64,000 bases of DNA, from positions 1,591 to 65,590 of the forward strand of contig JBGPDI010000006.1 in the NCBI GenBank assembly GCA_041482215.1, in the 5' to 3' direction. The notes under the pieces were generated by a model that was not told where the DNA came from, made no database searches, and saw nothing but the letters and a program-made list of their open reading frames with translations. Each line of letters opens with the position of its first letter. Position 1 is the first letter of the stretch. Origin of the DNA: Candidatus Acidiferrum sp. (GTDB taxonomy: Bacteria > Acidobacteriota > Terriglobia > Acidiferrales > UBA7541). The position numbers and the translations under genes are program-made. Of this stretch, positions 39,081 to 49,620 are shown one piece after another.

Positions 39081-40679
39081 TTGACCGATAAAAAACATAT
39101 CCTCAAATCGGCGTCGATCATCTCCCTGGTCACTGTCGCTAGCCGCGTACTAGGCTACGTCAGGGACCAGCGCATTGCCCTCCTCCTCGGAACGACTCCC
39201 GCCGCTGATGCGTACGTTCTTGCCTATCGGATCCCAAACTTATTCCGGCGGCTGGTTGCCGAAGGGTCGATGACCGCGTCTTTTATCCCAGTTTTTACCA
39301 GTTACATGCGGGAGAAATCGAAGGAAGATGTTTGGGCCTTTGCGAACCGGCTCTTCTGGACGCTGGCTCTGGTAGCTGCGGTCATTACAGTGCTAGGGAT
39401 GGTTTTTTCTCCGGCGGTGGTACACCTGTTCGCTGGAAAGAACATAGCGGGTGCGCAAGCGGTGGACCTGAACCGGATTATCTTTCCGTATTTATTTTTT
39501 GTTTCGCTCGCCGCGCTGGCGATGGGAATATTGAATTGCTTTCACATCTTCGGACTGCCTGCGGCGACGCCTGTTTTCTTGAATCTGGCAACAATTCTCT
39601 TTACGTTTGCCGTCGTTCGGAATTATTTCAAGGATGCGGCGACTTCCATTGCCGTTGGAGTCCTGGTTGGCGGCGTACTGCAATTCTTGATTCAGGTTCC
39701 AGTGCTTGTTCAGAAAGGGATGAAGTTTAATTTTGGGATATCTTTTTCGCATCCGGCCATCCGCGATGTTGCTCGGCTGATGCTCCCGCGGCTATTTGGA
39801 ATTGGCATCGGGCAAATCAACCTGCTGGTGGATACGCGGTTTGCAACAGCCAGCATGATGCCGAAAGGCAGTCTTGCTGCGTTGTATTTGGCCGATCGAG
39901 TCATGGAGCTGGTGCTGGGAGGGTACGCCATCGCGGTGGCGACGGCGATCCTGCCGATGATGTCTCACCAGGCAGCCACCAAGGATTATGAATCACTTAA
40001 GAAGACGCTTTCATTTTCCGTGCGCATTGTCGCGTTTATCACGATACCTGCGGCCCTTGGTCTGATGATCCTGCGCGAACCGATCATTCGCGTGCTCTTC
40101 CAGCACGGCCAGTTCGACCCGGAATCGACACGCCTGACGGCTCGGGCGCTCCTCTATTACGCAGTGGGATTGCCGGCCCTGGCTTCCGTGAAGTTGATCG
40201 TCCCAGCGTTCTATTCAACGCGGGACACCAAGACGCCGGTCATTATTGCTTCGATCTCATTGGTACTGAATGTCGTTCTGAATATTGTTTTCCTGGAATT
40301 CTTCTTCAAGCGCGTCCAGAACGGGGGGCCGGCGCTTGCGACCGGCCTGGCTACTTTCTTTGATTTCTTTGCTCTGTTCATTATTTTTCGGCTGCGTTAC
40401 GGACCGCTCGGAACGATGGACATCCTTCGCTCGTTTTCAAAGGTGTCGTTGTGTGCGGGAATTATGGGTGTGGCCTGCTGGTTTGGGAATTACTACACGG
40501 CGTTTGCCATACACTCGCGGTTCCTCGTGCAGCTGGCCATTTTTGTCGGCCTGATTGGTGGGGCAACCGCTATTTTCCTTGGCCTCGCGTGGCTCTTCAG
40601 GTGCCATGAAATCGAGGAAGTCTACGGAATTGCGACCCGGCGGACAGCTGGTGGCGGGCCCGGGTACATGGGGAGCTGA
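39081..40679 (+). CDS. murJ: Lipid II flippase MurJ
   Basis: 532 aa with a TTG start. About 14 TM segments. N-terminal SRVLGYVRDQRIALLLGTTPAADAYVLAYRIPNLFRRLVAEGS is the MurJ/MviN signature. Confidence 0.92.
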   Translation: MTDKKHILKSASIISLVTVASRVLGYVRDQRIALLLGTTPAADAYVLAYRIPNLFRRLVAEGSMTASFIPVFTSYMREKSKEDVWAFANRLFWTLALVAAVITVLGMVFSPAVVHLFAGKNIAGAQAVDLNRIIFPYLFFVSLAALAMGILNCFHIFGLPAATPVFLNLATILFTFAVVRNYFKDAATSIAVGVLVGGVLQFLIQVPVLVQKGMKFNFGISFSHPAIRDVARLMLPRLFGIGIGQINLLVDTRFATASMMPKGSLAALYLADRVMELVLGGYAIAVATAILPMMSHQAATKDYESLKKTLSFSVRIVAFITIPAALGLMILREPIIRVLFQHGQFDPESTRLTARALLYYAVGLPALASVKLIVPAFYSTRDTKTPVIIASISLVLNVVLNIVFLEFFFKRVQNGGPALATGLATFFDFFALFIIFRLRYGPLGTMDILRSFSKVSLCAGIMGVACWFGNYYTAFAIHSRFLVQLAIFVGLIGGATAIFLGLAWLFRCHEIEEVYGIATRRTAGGGPGYMGS

Positions 40680-41572
40680 TGGAGATTAGCGCGACAATAT
40701 CGTCTTTCTTGACGCACGTACGTGTGGAGAAGGGATTGTCGTCCAATACCGTATCCGCATATCGCCGCGATCTAACGAAATTCGATGTCTTCGCGCGCAA
40801 ACGAAAGGCGAGCCTGGAGGCGGTCACGCGCGATGATTTGGTTGATTTCCTGGCTGGGCTCTATCGGTCGAACCTGGAAAGCAAGTCCGTCGCGAGACAT
40901 CTGGTCACATTACGGAATTTTTTCCGGTTTGCGCAGATACAGGAGCTGATTTCGGAGGATCCATCCATAAATCTGGAATCGCCGAAAATTCGTCGCTCGT
41001 TGCCCGGTTATTTGCGCCTCGAGGAAGTGGAGCGGTTGCTGAACCAGCCCGACGTGAAGACTCCGTATGGTTTGCGCGACCGTGCCATGTTGGAGGTTTT
41101 ATACTCCACCGGCCTGCGTGTATCGGAACTCACTGGACTGCGCGTCATAGATCTCGATATGAAGGTTGGTTGTGTGCGTTGCATCGGCAAAGGGGATAAG
41201 GAACGGATTGTTCCCGTTGGCAAAAAAGCGCTAAGCATCGTTGAAAAGTATCTCCGCGAGGCCAGACCCAAGCTACTCGGCAAAATGCAAGGCAGCCCCA
41301 CGCTATTCGTAAACCGTAGGGGCGTGCAATTGAGCCGCGTGGGTGTCTGGAAGATACTTTCGGCTTACGGAAGGCTCGCGGGAATGCGGGTGGCGCTCAC
41401 CCCGCACATGCTGCGGCATAGTTTTGCCACGCACCTGCTCGAGCGGGGAGCGGACCTGCGGTCCGTTCAACTGATGCTCGGACACGCAGATATTTCGACG
41501 ACTCAAATTTACACTCACGTTGTCGAAGAGCGGTTGAAACAGATTTACAAAGCGCATCACCCGCGTGCATAA
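40679..41572 (+). CDS. xerD: Site-specific tyrosine recombinase XerD
   Basis: 297 aa. LSSNTVSAYRRDL at the N-terminus. Catalytic region HMLRHSFATHLLERGADLRSVQLMLGHADISTTQIYTHV. Confidence 0.88.
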   Translation: MEISATISSFLTHVRVEKGLSSNTVSAYRRDLTKFDVFARKRKASLEAVTRDDLVDFLAGLYRSNLESKSVARHLVTLRNFFRFAQIQELISEDPSINLESPKIRRSLPGYLRLEEVERLLNQPDVKTPYGLRDRAMLEVLYSTGLRVSELTGLRVIDLDMKVGCVRCIGKGDKERIVPVGKKALSIVEKYLREARPKLLGKMQGSPTLFVNRRGVQLSRVGVWKILSAYGRLAGMRVALTPHMLRHSFATHLLERGADLRSVQLMLGHADISTTQIYTHVVEERLKQIYKAHHPRA

Positions 41573-41648
41573 CGCGGCAGGCCAGTGGGACCCATTGCGG
41601 GTGCCTTCGCGGCGGTCAGCGCGGACACCCTGAAGCAGAAGGAGCGCA

Positions 41649-43163
41649 ATGCCAGACTATATGTTTTTGTTAGAAAGCCGGCTCTCGCCGGAACAGCGCG
41701 CGGTGATGTTGCGCGTGCAGGAACTGTCGGCCGCCATGGGGTTCAACGTGTACCTGACGGGCGGAACCGTCCGTGACCTCGTCACCGGCGCATCGCTGCG
41801 CGATCTGGATTTCACGGTGGAGGGCAATCCCTCGAAGATTGCTCACGAGCTGGAGAAAGGGGGAGCAAAGATCCTTGCCGAGGATGAGAAGTATCGGCAG
41901 GTGGAAGTGCTCTTCGCTGGCGAGTGCGAGGGCAGCATTTCAGCGGCACGGGACGACCATTATGTCCGGCCGGGAACGCGGCCCGAAATTAGGTGGTCGA
42001 CGATCATGGAAGATCTGCGGCGGCGCGATTTCTCTCTCAACGCCATCGCGATTTCTCTGAACCCGGCTTCTCGTGGGCTGCTTCTCGATCCAACAAATGG
42101 TCTCTCTGATATTGAGCGGGCTGAAGTGCGGGCGCTCACAATTCACAGCTTCACAAACCAGCCGGTGCGTTTATTGCGTGTATTGCGTTTCGCAGCCCGC
42201 ATGGGCTTTAAGATCGAGCAGCGGACGCAGGAATGGTTTGACTTGGCCATTGAGCGTAAATTGCAGGAGACCATTGCGCCGGAAGACGCCGGAGGCGAAC
42301 TCCGCGCCGTGGCGCGCGAAGAACGACCATCTGTTGTCTTAAAAGCATGGGAGGAGCACGACCTGCTCGAAGCTGTAAATCCGGTGCTGGCTAAAAAACA
42401 TCCAGCGTATGACGCAATCGGCCGACTGATGAAGGTACGCGAAGACATGTTTACGGCCGGCTTTCGCCCCCGTCTGGCGGCACCTATGCTCCTTGCTGTT
42501 CTTGGGAAATTGAAAGATCGAGAGCAGTCCAGCGTGCTTTCCAAGGCCGGCTTCCGGTCCGCCGAAGTAGATGCGGCCCTGGGTTTTGAGGAGGAAGCGA
42601 TTGCGGCGCAGAAGGAGCTTGCAGGAAGGAAAATGCATGCTCCCATTGATGCCTACCGCTTCTTGGAGAAGCTTCCGCTCGAACAGATGGCTTACTTGAT
42701 GGCGGAGTCCAATAATTCAGCAGCGCTTTCGAAAATCCGGGCATATCTGAACAAGTGGCGTCCGATTCGAATCGGTATTCCGATTGTGGCCACAGAGCTC
42801 GAAGCATTGGGAATGGCGCGAGGCGCAAAGTTCGATCAGATCGTCGAACAAGTGTTCGGCATGCAGTTGACGGGCCGCGGCAAGACCAAGGAAGAGCGGG
42901 AAAAAATCCTAAGAAAACTCTCTGGCATCAAGGAACCGCCGAAAAAGAAAGAGAAGGAAAAGAAGCCGGCGAAGGGCGCGGACAAAGCGCATGCCGCAGC
43001 AGCGATGGGTGAAGCCGCTCACAAGAAACATGCGGCTGCAAAAATAGAGGCGACACATGCCGCCAAGGGAAAGGGCGCTCCGGCAAAAGCTGCCGCTAAG
43101 CACGCCGCACCTCATGGCAAGAGTGGGTCGTCAGGCAAGAAGAAGAGTCACGGGCACAAATAG
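41649..43163 (+). CDS. PolyA_pol / CCA-adding nucleotidyltransferase family protein with a Lys/Ala/His-rich tail
   Basis: 504 aa. YLTGGTVRDLVTG...RDLDFTVEG head-domain motif and RRDFSLNAIA. The last 76 aa are low-complexity (KKKEKEKKPAKG...KAAAKHAAPHGKSGSSGKKKSHGHK). Confidence 0.75.
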   Translation: MPDYMFLLESRLSPEQRAVMLRVQELSAAMGFNVYLTGGTVRDLVTGASLRDLDFTVEGNPSKIAHELEKGGAKILAEDEKYRQVEVLFAGECEGSISAARDDHYVRPGTRPEIRWSTIMEDLRRRDFSLNAIAISLNPASRGLLLDPTNGLSDIERAEVRALTIHSFTNQPVRLLRVLRFAARMGFKIEQRTQEWFDLAIERKLQETIAPEDAGGELRAVAREERPSVVLKAWEEHDLLEAVNPVLAKKHPAYDAIGRLMKVREDMFTAGFRPRLAAPMLLAVLGKLKDREQSSVLSKAGFRSAEVDAALGFEEEAIAAQKELAGRKMHAPIDAYRFLEKLPLEQMAYLMAESNNSAALSKIRAYLNKWRPIRIGIPIVATELEALGMARGAKFDQIVEQVFGMQLTGRGKTKEEREKILRKLSGIKEPPKKKEKEKKPAKGADKAHAAAAMGEAAHKKHAAAKIEATHAAKGKGAPAKAAAKHAAPHGKSGSSGKKKSHGHK

Positions 43164-43251
43164 TGCCCCGATTTTGGCGGGCGATAGCCGCCTGTGGGAA
43201 ACATCAGAATGCGTAATGCAAAACTTGTGAGAGAGCCTTAGAATCAGTTCC

Positions 43252-46200
43252 ATGGGCCAGCCGCAGTTTGTTCACCTTCACGTTCATACCGACTACAGCC
43301 TGCTCGATGGGGCCTGCGAGACGTCCGAGCTATTGGATGAAGCATCCCGGCAGAAGATGCCGGCAGTGGCGATTACGGACCACGGGAATCTCTTCGCGGC
43401 GGCAAATTTTTTCTATGAAGCTGGTAAGCGCGACGTCAAGCCCATAATCGGATGCGAGGTTTACGTAGCCAAAGGCAGCCGCCATGATCGGGGTGAAAAA
43501 ACAGATGCGGGCAACGGCCAGGACCGCGGGGATGCCGAGCCTGGAACACGAGGTTCGAATCACCTTGTGCTGCTTTGCGAGTCGCTTGAGGGCTACCACA
43601 ACCTCATCAAATTAGTGTCTGCTGGTTTTCTGGAAGGGTTTTATTACCGTCCGCGCATTGACTATGACTTGCTTTCGAAGCACAGCAAAGGTCTGATTGC
43701 GCTCTCGGCCTGTCTTCGCGGCCCGGTGACCGAAGCAGTTGTGGATCAGAAGTACGACCATGCGCGCGAGAATGCCTACCGTTTGCAGGATGTTTTCGGC
43801 AAAGGGAATTTCTTTCTTGAAATTCAGGATCAAGGTCTGCCGATCGAAAAGGACATAAATCCCCATCTCATGCGGCTTTCGAAAGAGTCGGGGATTCCCT
43901 TGGTTGCTACCAACGATTGTCACTACCTCCATCACGACGACGCTCACGCTCAGGAAGTGCTGCTGTGCATCCAGACCGGCAAGACCATGAGCGACACGAA
44001 TCGGATGAAGTTTCAGACCGACCAGTTTTACTTTAAGAGCGCGATGGAGATGGCGCAGGTATTTGGTGAAATCCCAGAATCGTTGAGCCGGACAGTAGAG
44101 ATCGCGGCGCGCTGCAACGTGAAGGTTGAGCGCATCCCGAATCCGTTTCCGGAATTCAAAGTTCCGGAGGGGCACAATCCGGCAAGTTATTTTGAGACGG
44201 TTGTTCGTCAGGGATTCGCGGCGCGAGTTCCACAACTCGAGCGCCAGGCTAAGCAGGGAGTTCTGCGCAATACTCTTGCCGAGTACGAGCGCCGGCTGAC
44301 TTCAGAGATCGAGATGATCAAGAAGATGCGCTACGAGGGCTACTTCTTGATCGTTTGGGATTTTATTCATTACGCGCGGGCGCAAGATGTTCCGGTAGGG
44401 CCGGGCCGCGGTTCGGCGGCAGGAAGTCTCGTGAGCTATGCGCTGCGCATTACCGACGTTGATCCGCTGCAATATAACTTGCTCTTCGAGCGGTTTTTGA
44501 ACCCCGAGCGCGTTTCCATGCCTGATATTGACATCGACTTCTGCATGCGGCGGCGCGGCGAGCTCATTGAATACGTGACGCAAAAGTACGGCCGCGAAAA
44601 TGTGGCGCAGATCATTACTTTCGGGACCATGGCCGCGAAAGCCGCGGTGAAGGACGTTGGCCGCGCTATGGACATTCCCTACGGGGAAGTCGACCGGCTT
44701 GCAAAGCTTATTCCCACGACGCTCGGAATTGAGTTAAAGGATGCGCTAGTCGAGGCTCCGCAACTCAAGGCGGCGATTAATAGCGACGAGAGGCTCAAAG
44801 ACTTGATGGCCGTCGCTTTGCGTCTCGAAGGACTGTCGCGACACGCTTCTACGCACGCAGCGGGTGTGGTGATTTCGCCGCGACCGCTAACTGACATCGT
44901 CCCGCTCTACAAATCCAACCGCGATGAAATCACGACGCAATATGACATGAATGCGCTGGAGCGCATCGGTCTGTTGAAGATGGACTTTCTTGGGCTGACG
45001 ACGCTCACCGTGCTGCACGATACGGTGCTAATGATCGAGCAAAACCGGGGCGTGAAGATTGACATTGATAACCTCGCGCTAGATGACGTTGAAACATACA
45101 AACTCTTCGCGCGCGGCGAAACGACGGCCATTTTCCAATTCGAGTCACACGGCATGCGGGATATTCTTCGGCGTTACCAGCCGGCTCGTATTGAGGATCT
45201 CACTGCACTGAACGCACTTTACCGCCCCGGACCTATTCAGGGCGGCATGATCGACGATTTCATCAACCGCAAGCAGGGAAAAACAAAAGTCAGCTACGAA
45301 CTTCCGCAATTGAAAGACATTCTAGAGGAAACGTATGGCGTCATCCTCTACCAAGAGCAGGTGATGCAAATCGCCAACTGCCTGGCGAGTTTTTCGCTCG
45401 GCGAGGCGGACATTCTTCGACGCGCGATGGGCAAGAAGAAAAAGGAAGAGATGGCCGCGCAGCGCACCAAATTCATGTCCGGATGCGCCACCAACAAGAT
45501 TCCGGAGAAAAAGAGCGAGCGGATCTTCAATTTGATGGAAGAGTTCGCGGGCTACGGCTTTAACAAATCGCACTCCTGTGCTTACGCTTTGCTTGCTTAT
45601 CAGACGGCCTACCTGAAGACGCACTATCCTGTGGAATTCATGGGGGCGCTGCTGACCTCGGAAGCCGGTAACACAGAGAAAGTAGTTAAGTACATTAACG
45701 AAGCGCGGGGGATGAGTATTTCAATTCTGCCGCCTGATGTGAATGAGAGCGATCTTTACTTCACGCCTGTGGGGGAGTCGATTCGGTTCGGCCTGGCGGC
45801 AATCAAGAATGTTGGCGAGAACACTGCCAAAGCGATCCGCGAATCACGGCAGAGCCAAGGCGAATTCTCATCGCTATATGATTTCTGCGAACGCATCGAG
45901 TCGCGTTTCCTGAATAAGAGGGTGTTTGAAAGCCTTATCAAATCAGGTGCTGTAGATTCGCTTGGCCCGCGCGAATCCATGCTGGCGTCCGTGGACGATG
46001 CCGTTGCGGCATTGCAACGGGCTTCGCGGACGCGCGAATCCGGTCAGCACGGACTATTTGGGACTGCGGCTGCACCCGCTCCGATGCCATTCGAATTGCG
46101 AGAGGCCGCACCCTGGAGCGAGGAGGAACGCCTCGCCAGCGAGTATGCCATGCTTGGTTTTTATGTGTCGGGGCACCCCCTGGCAAAATACGCTTCGCGG

Positions 46201-46755
46201 CTGATGGAGCTGAAGACGATTTCGCTCGATCAAATCGAGGAGCAAAGGAACGGGAAAGAAATCACGGTTGCGGCGCTGGTTGTCGGAACGCGCCCGATGC
46301 GTTCAAAAAAAGGCGCGCGGTGGGCCATTTTTACCATCCAGGATATGACCGGCGTTCAGGAGCTTCTCGCCTTTCCGGAAAGTTTTGCGCGGCTCGAGGC
46401 GGCCTTGAAGCCGGGGACTCCGTTGCTGCTGAAAGTCCGCGTGCAGGTGGAGGAAGCGGGGACGCGGCTTTCGCTGCAAGAGGCACGAAAGCTTGAAGAA
46501 TTAGCGGAGCGAGCTGCTCCCAGCGAGCTTCGCGTTCGAATTGAGATGAAAACGATGAGCGAAGATGCTCTCGACCGCCTGGAAGATTTATTTGTGGCGA
46601 CTCCGGGATCGTGTCAGATCGTGTTCGAATTGTGCTCACCGGATGGAACTGTGGCTGTGATGCCGGCGCAACAACGCGTGAAAAACACTCCCGAATTGGC
46701 GGAAGCGGTCAGGGAAATTTGTGGAAATGGCGCGGTCCGAATGGTGCCGGAATGA
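43252..46755 (+). CDS. dnaE: DNA polymerase III alpha subunit
   Basis: 1167 aa. PHP domain [16 protein letters not shown], palm/fingers region [19 protein letters not shown], and an OB-fold C-terminus. Confidence 0.97.
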   Translation: MGQPQFVHLHVHTDYSLLDGACETSELLDEASRQKMPAVAITDHGNLFAAANFFYEAGKRDVKPIIGCEVYVAKGSRHDRGEKTDAGNGQDRGDAEPGTRGSNHLVLLCESLEGYHNLIKLVSAGFLEGFYYRPRIDYDLLSKHSKGLIALSACLRGPVTEAVVDQKYDHARENAYRLQDVFGKGNFFLEIQDQGLPIEKDINPHLMRLSKESGIPLVATNDCHYLHHDDAHAQEVLLCIQTGKTMSDTNRMKFQTDQFYFKSAMEMAQVFGEIPESLSRTVEIAARCNVKVERIPNPFPEFKVPEGHNPASYFETVVRQGFAARVPQLERQAKQGVLRNTLAEYERRLTSEIEMIKKMRYEGYFLIVWDFIHYARAQDVPVGPGRGSAAGSLVSYALRITDVDPLQYNLLFERFLNPERVSMPDIDIDFCMRRRGELIEYVTQKYGRENVAQIITFGTMAAKAAVKDVGRAMDIPYGEVDRLAKLIPTTLGIELKDALVEAPQLKAAINSDERLKDLMAVALRLEGLSRHASTHAAGVVISPRPLTDIVPLYKSNRDEITTQYDMNALERIGLLKMDFLGLTTLTVLHDTVLMIEQNRGVKIDIDNLALDDVETYKLFARGETTAIFQFESHGMRDILRRYQPARIEDLTALNALYRPGPIQGGMIDDFINRKQGKTKVSYELPQLKDILEETYGVILYQEQVMQIANCLASFSLGEADILRRAMGKKKKEEMAAQRTKFMSGCATNKIPEKKSERIFNLMEEFAGYGFNKSHSCAYALLAYQTAYLKTHYPVEFMGALLTSEAGNTEKVVKYINEARGMSISILPPDVNESDLYFTPVGESIRFGLAAIKNVGENTAKAIRESRQSQGEFSSLYDFCERIESRFLNKRVFESLIKSGAVDSLGPRESMLASVDDAVAALQRASRTRESGQHGLFGTAAAPAPMPFELREAAPWSEEERLASEYAMLGFYVSGHPLAKYASRLMELKTISLDQIEEQRNGKEITVAALVVGTRPMRSKKGARWAIFTIQDMTGVQELLAFPESFARLEAALKPGTPLLLKVRVQVEEAGTRLSLQEARKLEELAERAAPSELRVRIEMKTMSEDALDRLEDLFVATPGSCQIVFELCSPDGTVAVMPAQQRVKNTPELAEAVREICGNGAVRMVPE

Positions 46756-47771
46756 GCGCACGGGACAAGAACAAATCTGCTGCTCCATCCCAAGAGCGTC
46801 CAAAAGAGGCGGATCGTCAGAAGGAAATCGAGCGCCAAAAAGAAATCGAGCGATTGGAGAAAGACGTGGAGGAATTGGGCCACCTAGCGGGGGATGAGGA
46901 TGCTGACACGGAGCTAGAGCGTCTTCGCCAGCAAGTGGCGGAATTGCGACGCGAGTTTTACACGCATCTAGGGCCGTGGCAGCGGGCGCAAATCGCGCGG
47001 CACCAGCAACGTCCGTACACGCTCGATTTTGTCAATTTGTTGTTTACGGATTTCATGGAGCTACACGGCGACCGGGGCTACGCCGACGACAAAGCGATTA
47101 TTACCGGGCTTGGAAAATTTCATGGGCGGCCGGTAGCGATCATCGGCCACCAAAAAGGCCGCGACACGAAACAGCGGCTGGTGCGAAATTTTGGTCAGCC
47201 CAAACCCGAGGGTTACCGGAAGGCTTTGCGCGTGATGCAATTGGCGGCGAAGTTTGGGCGGCCGATTCTTACGTTTATTGATACGCCGGGAGCGTATCCG
47301 GGGATTGATGCGGAAGAGCGCGGGCAGGGCGAAGCGATTGCGCGAAATCTTCGCGAGATGGCGCGGCTACCGGTGCCGGTGATCGTGACGGTGACAGGCG
47401 AGGGCGGTTCGGGCGGCGCGCTGGCTATTGCCGTCGGCGATCGCGTCAATATTTTGGAGAACAGTTTTTATTCGGTCATTTCGCCGGAAGGATGCGCTTC
47501 GATCATCTGGCGCGATTCGACGAAGGCCGAAACGGCGGCCACAGCGATGAAAATCACGGCGAAAGACTTGAAGGAGTTGGGGATCGTTGACGAGATCGTG
47601 GAGGAGCCGGAGGGTGGCGCGCACAACGACTTCGAAGCGGCAGCGAAGTTTTTGGATGAGGTGCTCGACCGGCAATTGGTGGCACTGACGAATCAGCCAC
47701 CCCGGGATTTGCTGAATGCGCGCTATGAAAAGTTCCGCAAGATGGGGCAATTCTTCGATCTGGGCAAGTAG
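46752..47771 (+). CDS. accA: Acetyl-CoA carboxylase carboxyltransferase alpha subunit
   Basis: ORF 46611..47771. ATG at 46752 overlaps the dnaE stop (ATGA). [17 protein letters not shown] and [10 protein letters not shown] motifs. Charged coiled N-terminal extension. Confidence 0.9.
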   Translation: MSARDKNKSAAPSQERPKEADRQKEIERQKEIERLEKDVEELGHLAGDEDADTELERLRQQVAELRREFYTHLGPWQRAQIARHQQRPYTLDFVNLLFTDFMELHGDRGYADDKAIITGLGKFHGRPVAIIGHQKGRDTKQRLVRNFGQPKPEGYRKALRVMQLAAKFGRPILTFIDTPGAYPGIDAEERGQGEAIARNLREMARLPVPVIVTVTGEGGSGGALAIAVGDRVNILENSFYSVISPEGCASIIWRDSTKAETAATAMKITAKDLKELGIVDEIVEEPEGGAHNDFEAAAKFLDEVLDRQLVALTNQPPRDLLNARYEKFRKMGQFFDLGK

Positions 47772-47874
47772 ACGGCTCGAGAGACGGTTGAACGGTTTCG
47801 GCGAGTCCGAAAGTGCTCGAAAAAAAAGGCAAAGGCTACACCCTTAAACCCGAAGGGGGAAAGCAGCAATCGTC

Positions 47875-48321
47875 ATGGAAGCACAACAAGGTATGGTTCG
47901 ACCTCACCAGCCTGGCCAAGAGGTGTTCAGATCGGTCTTGCCCGAAGACATCGATTGGAAGCCCTTCGCGGCGTTCCCACCTTCGGTCCGCCTGGCAGTC
48001 ATTGTCGGTCAGCCTTCGGAGGCCGGACCCTACACGATCAGGGTCAGAGTACCCCACGGCGTGAAACTCATGCCACACCGCCACCCGGAGGATCGAGTCT
48101 ACACAGTTATGTCCGGCGTTTTCTACATCGGCCTAGGCGATCAGTTCAACCCCGATAAGCTGCAGGCATATCCGCCCGGTAGCGTCATCGTTCTGCCCGG
48201 CAATACGTATCATTTCCACTGGGCAAAATCCGGTGAGTACGTCACGCAAGTGGCCGCGAATGGGCCGCTTGGTCTTGAATACATCAGCGCGAAAGACGAT
48301 CCGCGAAACAACAAGTCTTAG
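47875..48321 (+). CDS. Cupin domain protein
   Basis: 148 aa. HRHPEDRVYTVMSGVFYIG and GNTYHFHW resemble the two cupin His motifs. Confidence 0.6.
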   Translation: MEAQQGMVRPHQPGQEVFRSVLPEDIDWKPFAAFPPSVRLAVIVGQPSEAGPYTIRVRVPHGVKLMPHRHPEDRVYTVMSGVFYIGLGDQFNPDKLQAYPPGSVIVLPGNTYHFHWAKSGEYVTQVAANGPLGLEYISAKDDPRNNKS

Positions 48322-48481
48322 GTGGCATCAAAGCGACGGCGCAGAGGTGATATTCGGAAACCACGATGATCATTGCGTAGATCGCAATATTGCCGGCTGG
48401 ACTGATTGGAGAGATTACGCGGAACGGGGTTTGCTGCTCGGAAGGCGGGAGAACGCGTAGGGGTACTAAGCGGTAAGGGTA

Positions 48482-49438
48482 TTAGCGGGCGGCGGTGACA
48501 GCGACGCCGAGTTCTTTAAGTTTGGCGCGGGCGCGGCGGTCCTCTTCGGTACCGGGGTAGCGCTTGACGACTTCGCGGAGTTCGCGGACGCCGCCGGGCT
48601 TCTGGCCGAGCTCGATGAGGGCGAGGCCCTTCCGAAGACGGGCGGGGGCCAGTTTGAAGCTCTTGGGATAGTTGTTCAAAACTTTATCGAATTCGCCAAC
48701 AGCGACGTCGTAATTTTTCTGGGAGTAGGCAATCTCGCCGAGATAAAACTGGGCGTTGGAGGCGAGGTCGGTATCACCGTAATACTTGAGGTAGTCGAGG
48801 AATTCGGTGCGGGCAAGATCATATTTTCCACTAGTGATGTCGCGGAGGCCATTGGAATAGAGCGTATCGGCTGACGGGGCAGAAGCCGGGGGAACAGCGG
48901 TTGTGGTTGCAACAGGAGCGGGTTTGGCGATCGGAGGGTTCGAATTGTAATTCGCGGCGCTGCCGGCGCCGGTGGGGGTAGCGGAAGCGGGAGCAGGGGT
49001 GCTGCCGGAGAGTTTAGCGTCGATGTTTTGTACGGAGTTTTGAAGGTCAACGAGCTGCTGATTGAGCTTTCCGAGACGTGATTTGATTTCCTCGAGATTG
49101 TCCGAGAGACCCTGAACCTGCGTGGACATGGTGTCGAGGCGCGCGCCGGAATTGGCCTGTACATCCTGGACGGATTTCTGGAGCGAGCCCATGGTCGCGC
49201 CGAGTTTGTTGACGTTCTCATTGGATTGCTCAACGAGCGTCTTCATTATGGTGTGATCCTGGGTGACCTGAGTGGAAAGATCCTTCTGGCCTTGAAGCAG
49301 GGAAGTGACGTCGCGCTGCAGCTCGATCAATTCGCGCGCGACGGCCTCGGCGGGGCGTGGGCCAACGAGGCTCCCAGCAAGCGCGCCGGCCAGAACGGCG
49401 GCACTAAAAATAGCAATGTGACGAATACGCATGGACAT
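48482..49438 (-). CDS. cpoB: Tol-Pal system protein CpoB/YbgF (coiled coil plus TPR)
   Basis: ORF 48482..49519. ATG at 49438 or 49432 follows AGGAGG and gives a signal peptide. Coiled-coil region, then TPR/YbgF C-terminus NAQFYLGEIAYSQKNYDVAVGEFDKVLNNYPKS...YPGTEE. Confidence 0.85.
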   Translation of the reverse strand: MSMRIRHIAIFSAAVLAGALAGSLVGPRPAEAVARELIELQRDVTSLLQGQKDLSTQVTQDHTIMKTLVEQSNENVNKLGATMGSLQKSVQDVQANSGARLDTMSTQVQGLSDNLEEIKSRLGKLNQQLVDLQNSVQNIDAKLSGSTPAPASATPTGAGSAANYNSNPPIAKPAPVATTTAVPPASAPSADTLYSNGLRDITSGKYDLARTEFLDYLKYYGDTDLASNAQFYLGEIAYSQKNYDVAVGEFDKVLNNYPKSFKLAPARLRKGLALIELGQKPGGVRELREVVKRYPGTEEDRRARAKLKELGVAVTAAR

Positions 49439-49533
49439 CCTCCTAATGGTCTCCGTAGTGCTGCAATCGTATGGCGGCAGAAAAGCAGCCAACAAAAATG
49501 ATACAGGCCAGGGGAACAACTCTCACTTTAATT

Positions 49534-49579
49534 AGAGAGCCGCGAGGTGGCAAGGGTTTGCCGGGCCTCGCGGCTCTCT
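49534..49579. other. Strong intercistronic hairpin between pal and cpoB
   Basis: AGAGAGCCGCGAGG (49534-49547) pairs perfectly with CCTCGCGGCTCTCT (49566-49579). An inner GGCAA/TTGCC pairing is also possible. Confidence 0.7.
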
Positions 49580-49620
49580 TGGTCAACAATCGGTCATCGC
49601 GGCGAACGGGATAGAGCGGC

